Assembly (NCBI GenBank): GCA_019694165.1
Contig: JAIBCL010000031.1
Coordinates: 7,708-71,707 of the forward strand
DNA from: Verrucomicrobiaceae bacterium
GTDB taxonomy: Bacteria > Verrucomicrobiota > Verrucomicrobiia > Verrucomicrobiales > Verrucomicrobiaceae
Length of the DNA stretch: 64,000 nt
Reading direction: 5' to 3'
Positions within the stretch are counted from its first letter, which is position 1; each line of letters starts with the position of its first letter. This document shows positions 43,789 to 56,400 of the stretch, one piece after another. Below the pieces are notes generated by a model. It searched no databases, was not told the DNA's origin, and saw only the letters and a program-made list of their open reading frames with translations. The translations under genes and the position numbers were made by a program.

Positions 43789-44283
43789 ATGAAGTCCATA
43801 TTTCGCGACATCGCCATTGCCGAACCCGATACCGACGCCAGCGCCCCTGCCGTCTTGATGTCGGACGACTATTCCGCCCCAGGCATCCTCGACCCGGTGC
43901 CCGCTTCGAAGCCACCGAAGACCGAGGAAGACCCGATTAACGTCATGCGGAAGATTTTCATGGGCAACCAGGTCGATGAGATCAGAACCCAACTGACGGC
44001 CTGCGAAAAGCAGATCGGCCAGCTTCGAGAAACGATGACCTCCAGGCTGCAGGAGATCGAGCGCACCTTGCGCGAGGACATCGCGCGGGTGTCCAAGGCC
44101 GCCGCCGACGCCCTGCAGGCGCAGAACGACACGCTCTCCCACGACATCGAACAGACCCGCACGAGCCTGACAGGCAGCATGGACGAGCGTTGCAGGAAGC
44201 TCTCCGCCTCCGCCGTTCCGCGCACGCATCTCGCGGAGATACTGCGAGACCTGAGCTCGCGGCTGCAGCCTGGTGCGAGTTGA
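43789..44283 (+). CDS. Hypothetical coiled-coil protein (164 aa)
   Basis: No recognisable catalytic motifs. The central region is heptad-like (EIRTQLTACEKQIGQLRETMTSRLQEIERTLREDIARVSKAAADALQAQN). The N-terminal 50 aa are Pro/Asp-rich. Confidence 0.5.
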   Translation: MKSIFRDIAIAEPDTDASAPAVLMSDDYSAPGILDPVPASKPPKTEEDPINVMRKIFMGNQVDEIRTQLTACEKQIGQLRETMTSRLQEIERTLREDIARVSKAAADALQAQNDTLSHDIEQTRTSLTGSMDERCRKLSASAVPRTHLAEILRDLSSRLQPGAS

Positions 44284-44336
44284 ATCCAACGCCCGCTTTG
44301 CCGGTCTCCTATTGATCCCGAAACCAGGAGCACGCC

Positions 44337-46013
44337 ATGAACAATCTCGCCGGACCACCAAGCACTCAGACATCGGAGGAATCGCGGCATCCACCAGCCG
44401 GAGATGGACACCGGTCAAATGCCGAAATGGAGCGGCTGAGGCACATCATCCTCGGCGAGACCACGGAGCAGATGCAGGAGATCACCCGGCAGGTCACCAA
44501 CCGCGATGCCCGCGTGCGGCGCCTGATGGAAGACATGCCCGATGCCATCAGCAAAAACGCCACCGAGCACGGCTCGCTGACCAGGCTGGCAAACGCATTG
44601 CGCGCGCCCATCGAGGAGGCGCTGACCCAGAGCGTGCAGGGTGACCAGCACAAGCTCGCCGAAATCCTCGCACCTGCCCTGGCGCGTGCCCTGCCGCGCA
44701 CGCTTGCCGAGTTTCTTCTGGGCCTGCCGTCAGCGCTTGCCAGACGCGCATGGCATGTGGTGTGCCCGTGGGCACGGCCTTCCGGCAAGAAGGGCGCGCC
44801 CCCCCTTTCCGCCCTCGCCCGGCGTGCCGTGGCCGAGCACGCCTTTCAAGTGGACCGCATCTGTCTTTTCCAGAAGGAAACCTTCGAAGTCCTGCGCACC
44901 AGCGACGCAGGTTTTGACGACGAGATGGTCGCGCTGGAAGTGGACCAGCTCTTCGTGCAGTTGACGGAGGCGCTCCGAAGCGGCTCACCGAATCCGACGG
45001 CGATGCTGCGCTACCCGCGGCCGAGAAAAAAGGACGACTTTCAGGGCATCATCCTCCTTGAGGGCGCTCACACCACCCTCGCCGCATACTGCACCGGGCG
45101 GCCGGCACCCTGGCTTCATGACCGGCTCCAGGATCTGGCCGATGAAGCCGACGGTCTGGCCTCCGCGATCAACGAGGAGTCGGCCGCCGGGCAAGGCGTC
45201 GAGCTTCGGTTGCAGGCTCTTGACGGCCTGCTGAAGAAAGGCCTCGTCTGCTATGTGCCCGCACCACAACCCGCCGCGGAGGAAGCTGGCGTGCGGACCA
45301 GTCCGTGGTGGGAAGATGCCTTCGTTGTCGCATGCGTGATCGCGATTGTCTGGCTCGTCGCGTCTGTCTCGCGCGCAAGCTCGTCATGGAACAAGACAGT
45401 GGCCGAACTCGACCGGGAACCAGGTATCGTTGTCACCGACCGCAGTTGGGTGCCAGGACGCTCCATCACCGGCCTGCGTGACCCTCTGGCACCTGATCCG
45501 GCCGAGCTGCTCAAATCACACGGCTACCAACCCGGAAGCATCAACCTGCACTTCACTTCCTTCCTCTCCGACGATGCGCCCTTCCGCGAACAGCGCGAGT
45601 CTCTCAAGCACGCCGAGCGCGATTCCGTCCGGCGCGAGATCGCCAGCTCCTACGCCCGTGCCCTGGCCCTCATGGAGGCGAGCCTCGAGATGCACCAAAA
45701 TCCAGTGCCTGCGCAAGATACGGGAACACCGCCCGGCTCGGAAACGCGCGAGACGATACGCAAGGAACTCCTTCGCACGCTGCTGGAACTCCCGTCCGAT
45801 GCGAACTTCGATTTCAAGGACGGCGTCGTCACCATCCCTTCCTCCCTTCCGAAGGCCGTTCGCACCCGCATCCGCGAGGTGGTCAAGGCCATCCCATGGG
45901 TGAAGACAGTGAACGAAGGCACCCTGCCAGGCCGCACCACGTCCATGCTCCCCGTGGGTGGCGTGCCCGCCCCCGGCCCGGTGCCAGCGGGTCAGGGGAT
46001 CGATGCGCGCTGA
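44337..46013 (+). CDS. Hypothetical membrane protein with a cytoplasmic coiled-coil region, one TM helix and a C-terminal BON-like domain (a weaker second BON-like region is marginal)
   Basis: AGGAG lies 8 nt upstream of the ATG. TM helix WWEDAFVVACVIAIVWLVASVS. The C-terminal segment FDFKDGVVTIPSSLPKAVRTRIREVVKAIPWVKTVNEG fits the BON pattern (GxVxLxG ... A ... G V xxV xN). The earlier ELDREPGIVVTDRSW is a weaker BON-like match. The N-terminal region weakly resembles the preceding 164-aa ORF (I-x-x-G-x-x-x-x-E-I/M-x-x-Q). Confidence 0.55.
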   Translation: MNNLAGPPSTQTSEESRHPPAGDGHRSNAEMERLRHIILGETTEQMQEITRQVTNRDARVRRLMEDMPDAISKNATEHGSLTRLANALRAPIEEALTQSVQGDQHKLAEILAPALARALPRTLAEFLLGLPSALARRAWHVVCPWARPSGKKGAPPLSALARRAVAEHAFQVDRICLFQKETFEVLRTSDAGFDDEMVALEVDQLFVQLTEALRSGSPNPTAMLRYPRPRKKDDFQGIILLEGAHTTLAAYCTGRPAPWLHDRLQDLADEADGLASAINEESAAGQGVELRLQALDGLLKKGLVCYVPAPQPAAEEAGVRTSPWWEDAFVVACVIAIVWLVASVSRASSSWNKTVAELDREPGIVVTDRSWVPGRSITGLRDPLAPDPAELLKSHGYQPGSINLHFTSFLSDDAPFREQRESLKHAERDSVRREIASSYARALALMEASLEMHQNPVPAQDTGTPPGSETRETIRKELLRTLLELPSDANFDFKDGVVTIPSSLPKAVRTRIREVVKAIPWVKTVNEGTLPGRTTSMLPVGGVPAPGPVPAGQGIDAR

Positions 46014-46092
46014 CGGGCCGTCCTGCGTGAAAGTTCGGTCGTATTCGTTACGGATGGAAGAAATCCCTCACACCACGTCTCTCATCCCCCCA

Positions 46093-46704
46093 ATGAAACA
46101 CCTGCTTTCCCTGTTCATCATGTCAGCCACAGCGCTTTCCTCGGCCGAATCCACCAGCCCGAAGACCGAACTCGCCACCATCGGAGGCGGATGCTTCTGG
46201 TGCGTGGAAGCCCAGTACAAATTCCTGCCCGGCGTGCTCAAGTGCACCAGCGGTTACTCCGGCGGCACCAAGGAAAACCCCACCTATGAGGAAGTATGCA
46301 GCAAGACCACCGGCCACGCCGAGGTGGTGCAGATCGAATTCGATCCCGCCAAAGTCAGCTACAAGGAGATCATCGATCTTTTCTGGGATGCGCACGATCC
46401 CACCACCCTGAATCGCCAGGGGCATGACGTGGGCACCCAGTACCGCTCCATCATCCTCTGCCACAACGAGGAGCAGAAAAAAATTGCCGAAGCCTCGAAG
46501 ACCGCCGCGCAAAAAAACTTCAAGGATCCCATTGTCACCGAAATCGTGCCATTGAAGAAATTCTATCCGGCCGAAGCCTACCATCAGAACTTCGCCGCCG
46601 AGAATCCCTACCAGGGCTACGTCCGCGCCGTCGTCACTCCGAAAGTCGAGAAGTTCAAACACAAGCTCGAGGAAAAAGGCCGGACGCCCTCGCCGCAAAA
46701 ATGA
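46093..46704 (+). CDS. msrA: Peptide methionine-S-sulfoxide reductase MsrA, secreted/periplasmic form
   Basis: Signal peptide MKHLLSLFIMSATALSSA. Active site GCFWC (46189-46203). Conserved ...GHAEVVQIEFDP...YHQNF. Start chosen at the ATG at 46093; the track ORF begins at 45958. Confidence 0.92.
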   Translation: MKHLLSLFIMSATALSSAESTSPKTELATIGGGCFWCVEAQYKFLPGVLKCTSGYSGGTKENPTYEEVCSKTTGHAEVVQIEFDPAKVSYKEIIDLFWDAHDPTTLNRQGHDVGTQYRSIILCHNEEQKKIAEASKTAAQKNFKDPIVTEIVPLKKFYPAEAYHQNFAAENPYQGYVRAVVTPKVEKFKHKLEEKGRTPSPQK

Positions 46705-46711
46705 ACCTTCC

Positions 46712-47167
46712 GTGGCCGCCGCCTTTCTCATGAGCACCGCCGAAACCATCACCGTTTTGCAGCCAAAGACGAACAGCCCGCCTCGAGTCAGGCGCTCGCA
46801 CAGCTTTCACCGCCCGTGGCATCTGTGGTGCGTGTGCATGCTGCTGGCGCTGTCGTTCATCGCGTTTTGTGCCTTCGTCGCCCTCGCCGTCGCCTTGCCG
46901 CTCACGGGCAGCCGGACAGTCGGCATTGCCAGCCTAGCCAGCCTCGCGCTTTTTGTCGGGATGCGCCTTGGCGCCTTCGTGCTCGCCGGCCGCCTTCATT
47001 GCGGCCTGTGCCACGGCACCATCATGTCCGAGAAAGCATGCCGGAAGCACGTTGAAGCCGTGCGCATCAAGCCCCTCTCCTACCTCGCCACCACCGTCCT
47101 GAGCGTGCTCTTCACATTCTCCTTCCGCTGCATGTACTGCGGCACGCGGTTCCGCTTGTGGAAATAG
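46712..47167 (+). CDS. Small 3-4-TM membrane protein with two Cys pairs (HCGLCH ... CMYCGT); hypothetical
   Basis: Starts 7 nt after the msrA stop. Hydrophobic segments LWCVCMLLALSFIAFCAFVALAVALPL and IASLASLALFVGMRLGAFVLA, then CxxC ... CxxC at the C-terminus. Confidence 0.45.
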   Translation: MAAAFLMSTAETITVLQPKTNSPPRVRRSHSFHRPWHLWCVCMLLALSFIAFCAFVALAVALPLTGSRTVGIASLASLALFVGMRLGAFVLAGRLHCGLCHGTIMSEKACRKHVEAVRIKPLSYLATTVLSVLFTFSFRCMYCGTRFRLWK

Positions 47168-47448
47168 GCAAATCCGCTGGGACGAACTGACCCGGAATCC
47201 GTGAAGCAGGTGCCACGCTCGCGGCCGGGACCGGCCAAGGGGTAAGGGGTTGCCGTCCGGGTGATGTCTTCGATGGCATGTGTGCGGCCGAGCAACGATG
47301 TGGCCACTTCGTTGCGCCAGCCCTGGCTCATCAATCCCGCGTGCGATCTCCATGGAGCATGACGATTGCCCTGTGGCGGGTTTTCTGATAGGCTCGGCAG
47401 AAATTCTTGCCGAAAAAGACAGGGCCAACTCCTCCGCCAGCACTCGTG

Positions 47449-50400
47449 ATGAAAACCCGTCCGTCTCCCTGCTTTTCCGTCTGGATGCCGTTGATGATGG
47501 CCCTGGCGGTGTTGCTTCTGGTCATTTGGTCCATGCGGCCATCGGACGAAACCAGACCGACGGCAGCGGAAACCGGTGCCCCGCCGGTGGCTCAAGCTGG
47601 CACCGGCGGAGGCAGGACGATCATCCAGCGCGCCAGAAAACGCATGGCTGCCGTGGATCTCCGTGAAGCTGGTGATGGAGGACAGTCGGGCGCGAGGCGC
47701 GAGCAGGCATTGGAGGCGTTGCGACGTGAGATTCCTGGCGTGCAGGTGGAGTTTGACGCGATCACCGGCGCGCCAAAGCACATCATGGCGGCGGGCAGAT
47801 TTCTCGCGGCAGCGGGGACGGGGGCCGCTGATCCGCACGCGCCGGTGCGCGCGTTCGTGGAGCGGCACGCGGCGCTCTTCGGCCACGACGCGGCGGAGCT
47901 GGCGCGGGGCCGCGCGCGGGTGACGCGCGAGGATGTGGCGGCGCACAACGGGATGCGCACGGTGGTGTGGCAGCAGGAGGTGGCGGGGCTGCCGGTGTTT
48001 GAGACGATCTTGAAGGCGAACGTGACGAAGGACGGTGATCTCATCACGCTCGGCAGCCACTTCATGGCGGATGCGCCGAAGGCTGCTGAAAAACAGGCAC
48101 GGCTCGTGTCGAGTCCGCCGCTGAATGCACCACACGCGCTGGCGGCTGCGGCGGCGAGCCTCGGAGGTGCGCTCGACTTGGCGCAGGTGACCTCACGGTC
48201 CGCGCAGCAGGGCGCGGAGCAGGCGCAGAAGCTGGAAGCACCCGGATTCACCGACACGACCGCGCACCTCGCCTGGGTGCCGATGGATGAGAGCACGCTG
48301 AGGCTGGCCTGGCAGATCGAGACATTCAGCCTCCAGCAGAATGAGATGTTTCGCCTGCTGGTGGACGCGGAGGACGGGAGGATTCTCGTGCGCCAGAGCC
48401 TCACCACGGACATCAGCAACGCGACGTACCGCGTGTATGCGAAGCCCGCCTTCCAGCCGTATGACAGCCCCACGCCCTTTTCTCCAGGCCATCTCACGCC
48501 ATCAAGCGCACAGCCCGCAGAGGTGAGCCGCAATGCGGTCACGCTCGATGCGGTGAATACGACCGCGTCTCCGAACGGCTGGATCGACGATGGCGGCACG
48601 CAGACGCTGGGCAACAACGTCGATGCGCACACGGACACAAACGCGGACAATGTCGCCGACCTGCCACGCCCGACCTCGGCCACGCGGAACTTTGACTTCG
48701 CTCTGGATCTCACGCAGGCGCCCTCGACCTACCGGGACGCGGCGGTGACGAACCTCTTCTACCTCTGCAATTTCATCCACGACCAGTACTACTCGCTCGG
48801 CTTCACTGAGAGCGCGGGCAATTTCCAGACGAACAACTTCGGCCGCGGCGGCAACGGCAACGATGCGGTGCAGGCAGATGCGCAGGACGGCAGCGGCACG
48901 AACAACGCCAATTTCTCCACGCCGTCTGATGGCTCGCCCGGACGCATGCAGATGTACGTGTTCACCGGCCCGACGCCGGACCGCGATGGCGACCTCGATC
49001 ACGAGATCGTGATCCACGAGTACACGCACGGCCTGAGCAACCGCCTTGTCGGCGGCGGCGTGGGCATGAGCCAGAATCAATCACAGGGCATGGGCGAGGG
49101 CTGGTCGGATTTCTACGGGCTGTGCCTGTTGAGCGAGGCTGGCGACGATCCGAACGGCAACTATGCGGCGGGCGGCTACGCGACGAAGGACTTCTCCGGC
49201 CTGACGCAGAACTATTATTTCGGCATCCGGCGCTATCCGTATTCGACGGACCTGCTGAAAAATCCGCTGACCTTCAAGGACATCGATCCGGCGCAGGCCA
49301 GCACTCACGCAGGCATCGCGCGCAGCACGATCATCGGCAGCACGGCCAACGAAGTCCACAACGAAGGCGAGGTGTGGTGCGTGACGCTGTGGGACATGCG
49401 CGCGAACTTGGTCGCGAAGCACGGCTGGGCCGCAGGGAACCAGCTCGCGCTCCAGATCACGACTGACGCGATGAAGCTCTGCCCGGCGAATCCGAACATG
49501 CTGCAATCCCGCGATGCCATCGTGCAGGCCGATCTTGTGAGCAACGCGGGTGCGAACCGCAATGAAATCTGGGCCGCCTTTGCCAAGCGCGGCATGGGCG
49601 CGAGCGCCACCTCACCCGCAAGCAGCACGACCTCGGGGCTGGTGGAGGCGTTCGATGTTCCGGACAATCTCGGCGTGTCGCCGGCCGGCGCACTCGCGGC
49701 CACGGGTCTGATCGGCGGCCCGTTCACGCCCGCGAGCCGGGTCTTCACGCTGCAAAACTCGGGCGCGGCCTCGGTGAACTGGACGGCCTCGGTGAATCAG
49801 CCGTGGCTCTCGCTCACGGGCGCGGCGGGCGCGCTGGCGGCGGGCGCGAGCACGACCGTGACGGCCTCCTTCAACGCGGCGGCCAACGCCCTGGTGGCCG
49901 GCTCCTACGCCGCCACGGTCACCTTCACAAACACGACGAGCGGCGCGGTGATCACGCGCGGCGTGTCGCTGACGGTCGAGCCGCAGCGCATCACGATTTT
50001 CTCGGAGCCGTTCGACGCGGCCACGCTCGGCGCGGCGTGGACGGTGACGGGCACCAGCACCTACCGCACGCAGGTGACGGCGCTCAACGGACCGCGCGCG
50101 TCGAATCACCTGACGATGGACTCGTCGGTGGACGCCAGCTACGCGCGCAACGAGGCCACGCTCACCGTGAACCTGGCGGGCCGGAGCGATGTGGTGCTGA
50201 GCTTCTGGGCCAAGAGCTTCAATGACGAGGCGAACGGGCCGCCCTCCAGCCCGTTCACCAACGGCGCCGACTTCGACGGCGTGGCGGTGAGCGCGGACGG
50301 CGGCACGACATGGTGGGAGGTGCAGCCGCTGCGCAGCCTCACCTCGACGTGGACGAAGTACACCGTCGATCTCGACGCGGCCATCGCGGCGCGCGGCCTC

Positions 50401-53400
50401 AGCTACGGCGCGAATTTCAAGATCCGCTTCAATCAGTACGACAATTACACCATCTCCACCGACGGCATCGCCATCGACGACATCCTGGTGGCGCAGACGC
50501 TGAACAACAACCTGGCGCTGGCATTGCCCGCAAGCGTGGTGACGGAGGGCGCGTCCGACATGACCGCCACGCTCACCGTTTCTCCAGCGCAGGCCGCCGC
50601 GCTCACGGTGAATCTGGCGGCGAGCCGCGCGGACGTGATGGTGCCGGCCTCGGTGGTGGTCCCCGCGGGCGCGACGCAGGCGACCTTTCCCGTGACCATC
50701 GTGGATGATGCGCTGCTGGACGGCTCGCAGGCGGTGACGATCACGGCGACGGCGCCGACCTTCAGCAATGGCAGCGCGACGTTGACGGTGGACGACAATG
50801 AGACGGCCGTGCTGGCGCTCGATGCGCCTCTCAATGGCAACGAGGGCAGCTCTCCCATCGCCGCCACCGTGAGCGTCGGCGCGGCGGTGGATGTGGACGT
50901 GGTGGTGCGGCTGGACACTTCCAATCCGCAGGCCAGCATCCCGCCGTCCGTGACGATTCCCGCCGGACAAAGCAGCGCGGAGTTTTACATCACGCTGGTG
51001 AATGACGGCCTCATCAATGGCACGCGCTCCGCCACCATCACTGCCAGCGTGACAGGCTGGACGGCGGGCACGGACACCATCAGCATCCTCGATGACGAGA
51101 CGGCCACCGTCGCGCTCGTGCTCAATGACACGACCAGTGAAGGATTGACCGGCACGCCGCAGATCGGCACGCTCACGCTCGGCGGCACGGCCGTCACGCC
51201 GGTGGAGGTGACGCTAATCTCCAGCGACACCAGCGAGCTGACCGTGCCCGCGACGATCACCATCGCCGCCGGGCAGAGCAGCGCCGCGCTGCTCGCGACG
51301 GTGATAGACGACGCGGACCTCGACGGCTCGCAGACGGTGACGGTGAGCGCGGCAGCCTTTGGCAATGCGGCGGTGACGGACACCATCGACGTGCGTGACA
51401 ACGACGCGGCCAGCTTTGTCATCGGCGCGGTGGCCAGCCCGCAGCGCGAGATGCAGGCATTCCCGCTCACGATCACCGCGCGCGATGTGAACGGCGCGCT
51501 GGTGCCGTCGGTGGCAGGGCCGTGGACTCTCAGCGCGGCGGGCGATGGCGGCGCGGCGGTGCTCAACGCGCCGACGGCCGCCTTCGTGAACGGCGTATGG
51601 CAGCAGAACGTGAGCATCGCCGCGCCGGATACGAACGTGCGCATCACCGTCACCGGCCCGAACGCGACGGCGCAGAGCAACGCCTTCGACGTGACCATCG
51701 GCCCGCGCATCGGAGTGGCACCGGCTGCCTTCACGCTGGACATTCCGCGTCAATCCAGCAAAACGCGCGCGCTGACGATCACCAACAACGGCCTGGGCGC
51801 GATGATCTGGAGCGCGGCGGGATCGCAGAGCTGGCTGACCTGCACGCCTGCATCCGGCAGCGTGGCGCAGGGCCAGTCCGCCACGGTGACGGTGAGCTTC
51901 AATGCCGCGACACTCGCGGAAGGCACCGCGGCGGCGCAACTCAACGTGACCTCAAACGACCCGATCACGCCCGCCGTGGCCGTGCCCGTGACGCTGAACG
52001 TGACTGCGCCCGTAGCCAGCTTCGTGTGGGACACGGTGCCTTCGCCCCAGCGCGTGAACGCGCCCTTTCCTGTGACGGTGACGGCGAAGGACGCGAGCGG
52101 GGCGACGGTGACGAACTTCGAAGGAACGGCGTCGCTTTCTGTGCTGGACGTAAATGGAGGCACCGAGGTGGTCACCACCACGGGGACTGGGTCAAACCAA
52201 GGTGGTGGTCCCGTGACAGCAGGCTTCAATGTTCTGCGGCAGCAGTTCATCTTCACGCCAGCAGAAGCCGGGCCGGCTGGCTTGATTCAGAGAATCCGCT
52301 TTCATGTGTTAACTGCATTTTCGTCGGGGCTTGCCAACTACACCATCCGCCTCAAGCACACCAATTTGACCACCAACTCGACGTGGCAGCCGTCCGGCTG
52401 GACCGTCTGCTACGCCCAATCCACCGGCCCGGTTTCCTCGCCCTGGCATGAGTTTGTCCTCACAACACCCTTCGCATATGATGGTACGAGCAATCTGATG
52501 GTGGATGTCAGCTATGCGACTGCGATAATGCCCGTCACAGGTTCCTATAGCAATGGGACCTATGCGAGCACCAATCGGGCTCTGTATTCAATGATCAATA
52601 TGCCTGGTTCTGACCCGCTCACTTGGAGTGGCACGGAGGGCAATGCCTCATCCCAGACCTGGCTGCCCAATTTTCAATTTGTCACCCTGGTGGGTGGATC
52701 GAATGCAGCCGCTGTGCTGCCAACGCTGACAGGCGCGTTTAGCTTGGGAGTGTGGAGCGGCCAAGTGCGACTCGATCGCGCCACGCCTGACGTGAAGCTC
52801 ATCGCCTTGATGTCGGCGCCATCGACGGGGTCGGGACTGACGAATTCCTTCGCGGTGACCGCCGACGGCACGCTCGGCATCACGCTTGCCTCCCAAGTGA
52901 GCGAGGGAGCGGGAACGCTCGGCGGCACGGTGACGATCACACCCGCGCCGTCGGCGGACGTGGAGGTGACACTCAGCTCCAGCGTCGCGAGTGCGGCGGT
53001 TCCGGCGGCGACGACGGTGACGGTGCCTGCCGGCAGCACCAGCGCGCCTTTTACTCTCAACATCATCGACGACACCGCGCTCGACGGCCCGCAGACGACG
53101 CAGATCGGCGCGGTGGGCGCCGGCTATGTGGCGGTGAGCACGCCGCTCGTGGTGGCGGATGACGAGGGCGCGGTGCTCGCGATCAACCTCGCGCAAAGCA
53201 GCTACGCCGAGGGCGCGGGCGTGATCTCCGGCACCATCACCAGCGACACCGCGCCGACAGTGCCCGTGACCATCGCGCTGACTTCCAGCGACACGACGGA
53301 GGCCACGGTGCCCGTATCCGTGACCCTGGCGGCGGGCGCCACCAGCGCGGCGTTCAGCGTGACCATCGTCGATGACACGCTGGTGGACGGTGATCAAAAC

Positions 53401-56400
53401 CTCGTGCTCACCGCCGCCGTCGCCGGCTGGGCCAGCGGCACGAAAAACCTCACTGTCACCGACAACGAGGCGCGCACGCTCACCTTCACCGGCGTGCCCG
53501 CGAGCATCAGCGAGGGCGCGGCCACGCTGGCCACACCAGCCGTCGCGCTTACGGGCCAGGCGGTGGCGCCGGTCGTCGTCACGCTCACTTCCAGCGATGT
53601 GACCGCGCTGCCGAGCATCAGCGTCACCATTCCCGCCGGCGCATCGTCCGCCGTGTTTGATCTCGATCCGGTGGATGACACGCTCTTCGACGGCACGCAA
53701 AACGTCACGCTCACCGCCTCCGCCGCAACGTTCAGTGACGCGACGGCAAACGTGGCCGTGCTCGATGATGACGTGCATCACTTCGCGCTCTCCGCCGTGC
53801 CCAGCCCGCAGAAAGAAGGCGCGGGCTTTGCATTCACCGCGACGGCGAAGGACATCAACGATGCGACGATCACCGCGCCCGTCGGCGGACCGGTGAACCT
53901 GAGCGCGGCGGGCGATGGCGGCGCAGCAAGCGTGCTGCCCGCGGTGCTCGCGCCGTTCACGGCCGGCGTGTGGACGGGCCAGGTGCGCGTGATGGCGCCG
54001 GACACGAACGTGCGACTCACCGTGACCTCGCCGACGGCCTCCAATCAATCCAACGCCTTCGATGTCGGCATCGGGCCGCGGCTTGGCGTGAATCCCACGA
54101 GCTACGCCGTGAGCGTGGCGCAAAACACCACAAAGACGCGTTCGCTGACGCTGAACAACACGGGTGCCGAGCCGCTGAACTGGAGCGCCACCACCACGGG
54201 CGACATCGACCCCCCGCTGGCGACGGCGCTGGCCGGGTTGAACGCGCGCCACGCTGAGATCACCGCGCTGATTCCGAACCGCTTTGATTTCACCGAAGGC
54301 GTGACCGGCACCTACATCAGCAGCGGCGGCGGCACGCACATGTATCACAGCGGGAACTACCTCAGCACCTCCCTCGCGCCATCGACGTTCATCAATTACA
54401 GCGACAACACGATCGCGGCGGCGGCGGCCACGTTCGGAGCAGGCGGGCAGTACTTCACGCGCAAGGTGCCGGGCCTTTTTGTGCTCGCGGCGGACATGAG
54501 CGGCGTGAGCAGCTTCACCATCAGCGGCAACACGGGGAACCACACCGGCCTCGTCGAAGGCTCCGTGCTGACGGCGACGCGCGGCGCGAAGACTTACAAG
54601 GGCTTCGTCAAACGCGCGCGCGGCGACGTCTCCTATGGCGCGGAGTCCATAAATCATCTCATCATCATCGAGAGCGACGCGGCGGCCTCGCACTCGTGGT
54701 CCGCTACGGTAGATTCAGACAACCATGTGCTCACGGGCATCGGCGCGCGCACGCGGCTCTATTACCTGCTGTATTCATCGGTGAGCGGCGGCAACATCAA
54801 TGACACGATCACGCAGACGATCTTCGACAAGTTCCTTGATGTAATCGGCGCCGGGAGCTGGATGACGGTCACACCCTCGTCCGGCACGGTGGCGGCGGGT
54901 GGCAGCCAGAATGTGAGCGTGGCTTTCAACGCCGGCAGTTTGAACACAGGCGTGTACAACGGCGGCATCTCGATCACCAGCAATGACGCTCTCACCTCGC
55001 CGCTGACGATCCCCGCCACGATGACGGTGACGCCCGGCATCCATCATTTTGAATGGGACACGATTCCTTCGCCGCAGGTGGTGAACGCTCCGGTCGCCGC
55101 AACGGTCCGAGCCCGGGATGCGGTGAACGCGCTGGTGACCGACTTCGATGGCATGGCAGCGCTCACGGCACTGAACACAGGTGCGGCGGGAGAGGCTACG
55201 ACGGGAGCGGGCACGTCCTCCACTTATCTGATACATGACACGAGCTACCAGGTGCATCGCACTCAGTGCATCTACACTCCGGCGGAGGCCGGTCCGGCGG
55301 CGCGGCTCAGCGGCCTGGCCTTTGACGTGGCCACTCTCGGCTCGCCGGCCGCCAGCAATTTCACCATACGCCTCAAGCATACGGTGCGCGCCAACTACAG
55401 CACGGACGCCTCATGGGAGGCTTCCGGGTGGACGACGGTCTTCACCGGCAGCAAGACGCTGGCCGCCGGCCTGAACTATTTCACCTTCTCCACTCCGTTC
55501 GATTACAACGGCACGAGCAATTTGATGGTGGACATCAGCTTTGTGAACACCACCTACAGCGGCTCTTCCTACGTCCGTTACACCACGGCAACATCCTCGC
55601 GCACGATTTACGGTGGAGCCTATTCGGGTGATCCACTCGCCTGGAGCGGCGCTGGTTCCTCCAGCACCGCGCTGCCGAACCTGCGGCTGGTGCGCTCAGG
55701 CGTTCCAGCCTCAGTTTCGCCTGTCGCCACCGGCGCGTTTGTAAATGGTGCGTGGACGGGCGACATCCGCCTTGGCACTGCCGGCGCTGTCGTCGTGACG
55801 GCCAGCGCGGGCGCCGCCACGGGTGCGAGCAATGTCCTGACCACCACCTCGTCCAGCACGCTGTCGCTTTCGATTCCCGCGAACGTGACGGAGGGACAGG
55901 GCACGCTGCTCAATGCGGGCACGGTCACGGCGGCCAGCGCGCCCGCCTCGCCGCTGACCATTTCTTTGGAGAGCCTCGACACCTCGGAGATCACGCTGCC
56001 GGCCACCGTCACTCTGCCAGCCGGCCAGGCCAGCGTGGCGTTTGATGTCACCGTGGTGGACGACCCGCTGCTGGATGGCCCGATCACCGTGCAGATGCGC
56101 GCGTTGGCGGTCGGCTATCCGACCGTGACCGCTACGACCACTGTGGCCGACAATGACACCACGACGGTGACGCTGACGCTGCCCGCGAGCATGACCGAAG
56201 GCACGACCAGCACGGCGGGCCAGGCGAGCGTGCAACTCGGGGCCCCGGCGGCCGAACCCCTCACCGTGGCCTTGGCCTCCTCACTCACCAGCCGGCTGAC
56301 GGTCCCGGCGTCGGTGACGATTCCAGCCGGGCAAAGCTCCGCCGCCTTCACCCTCACCGCCCCGAACAACACCATCATCGACGGCACCCAGACCGCCACG

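Noticed and set aside
47168-47448. Small ORFs or ncRNA in the 281-bp spacer upstream of the giant protease gene
   Set aside because: Only alternate-frame extensions of neighbouring genes occur here. GGCCGG-GA-CCGGCC is a palindrome with a 2-nt loop and cannot fold. The region is likely just a promoter.
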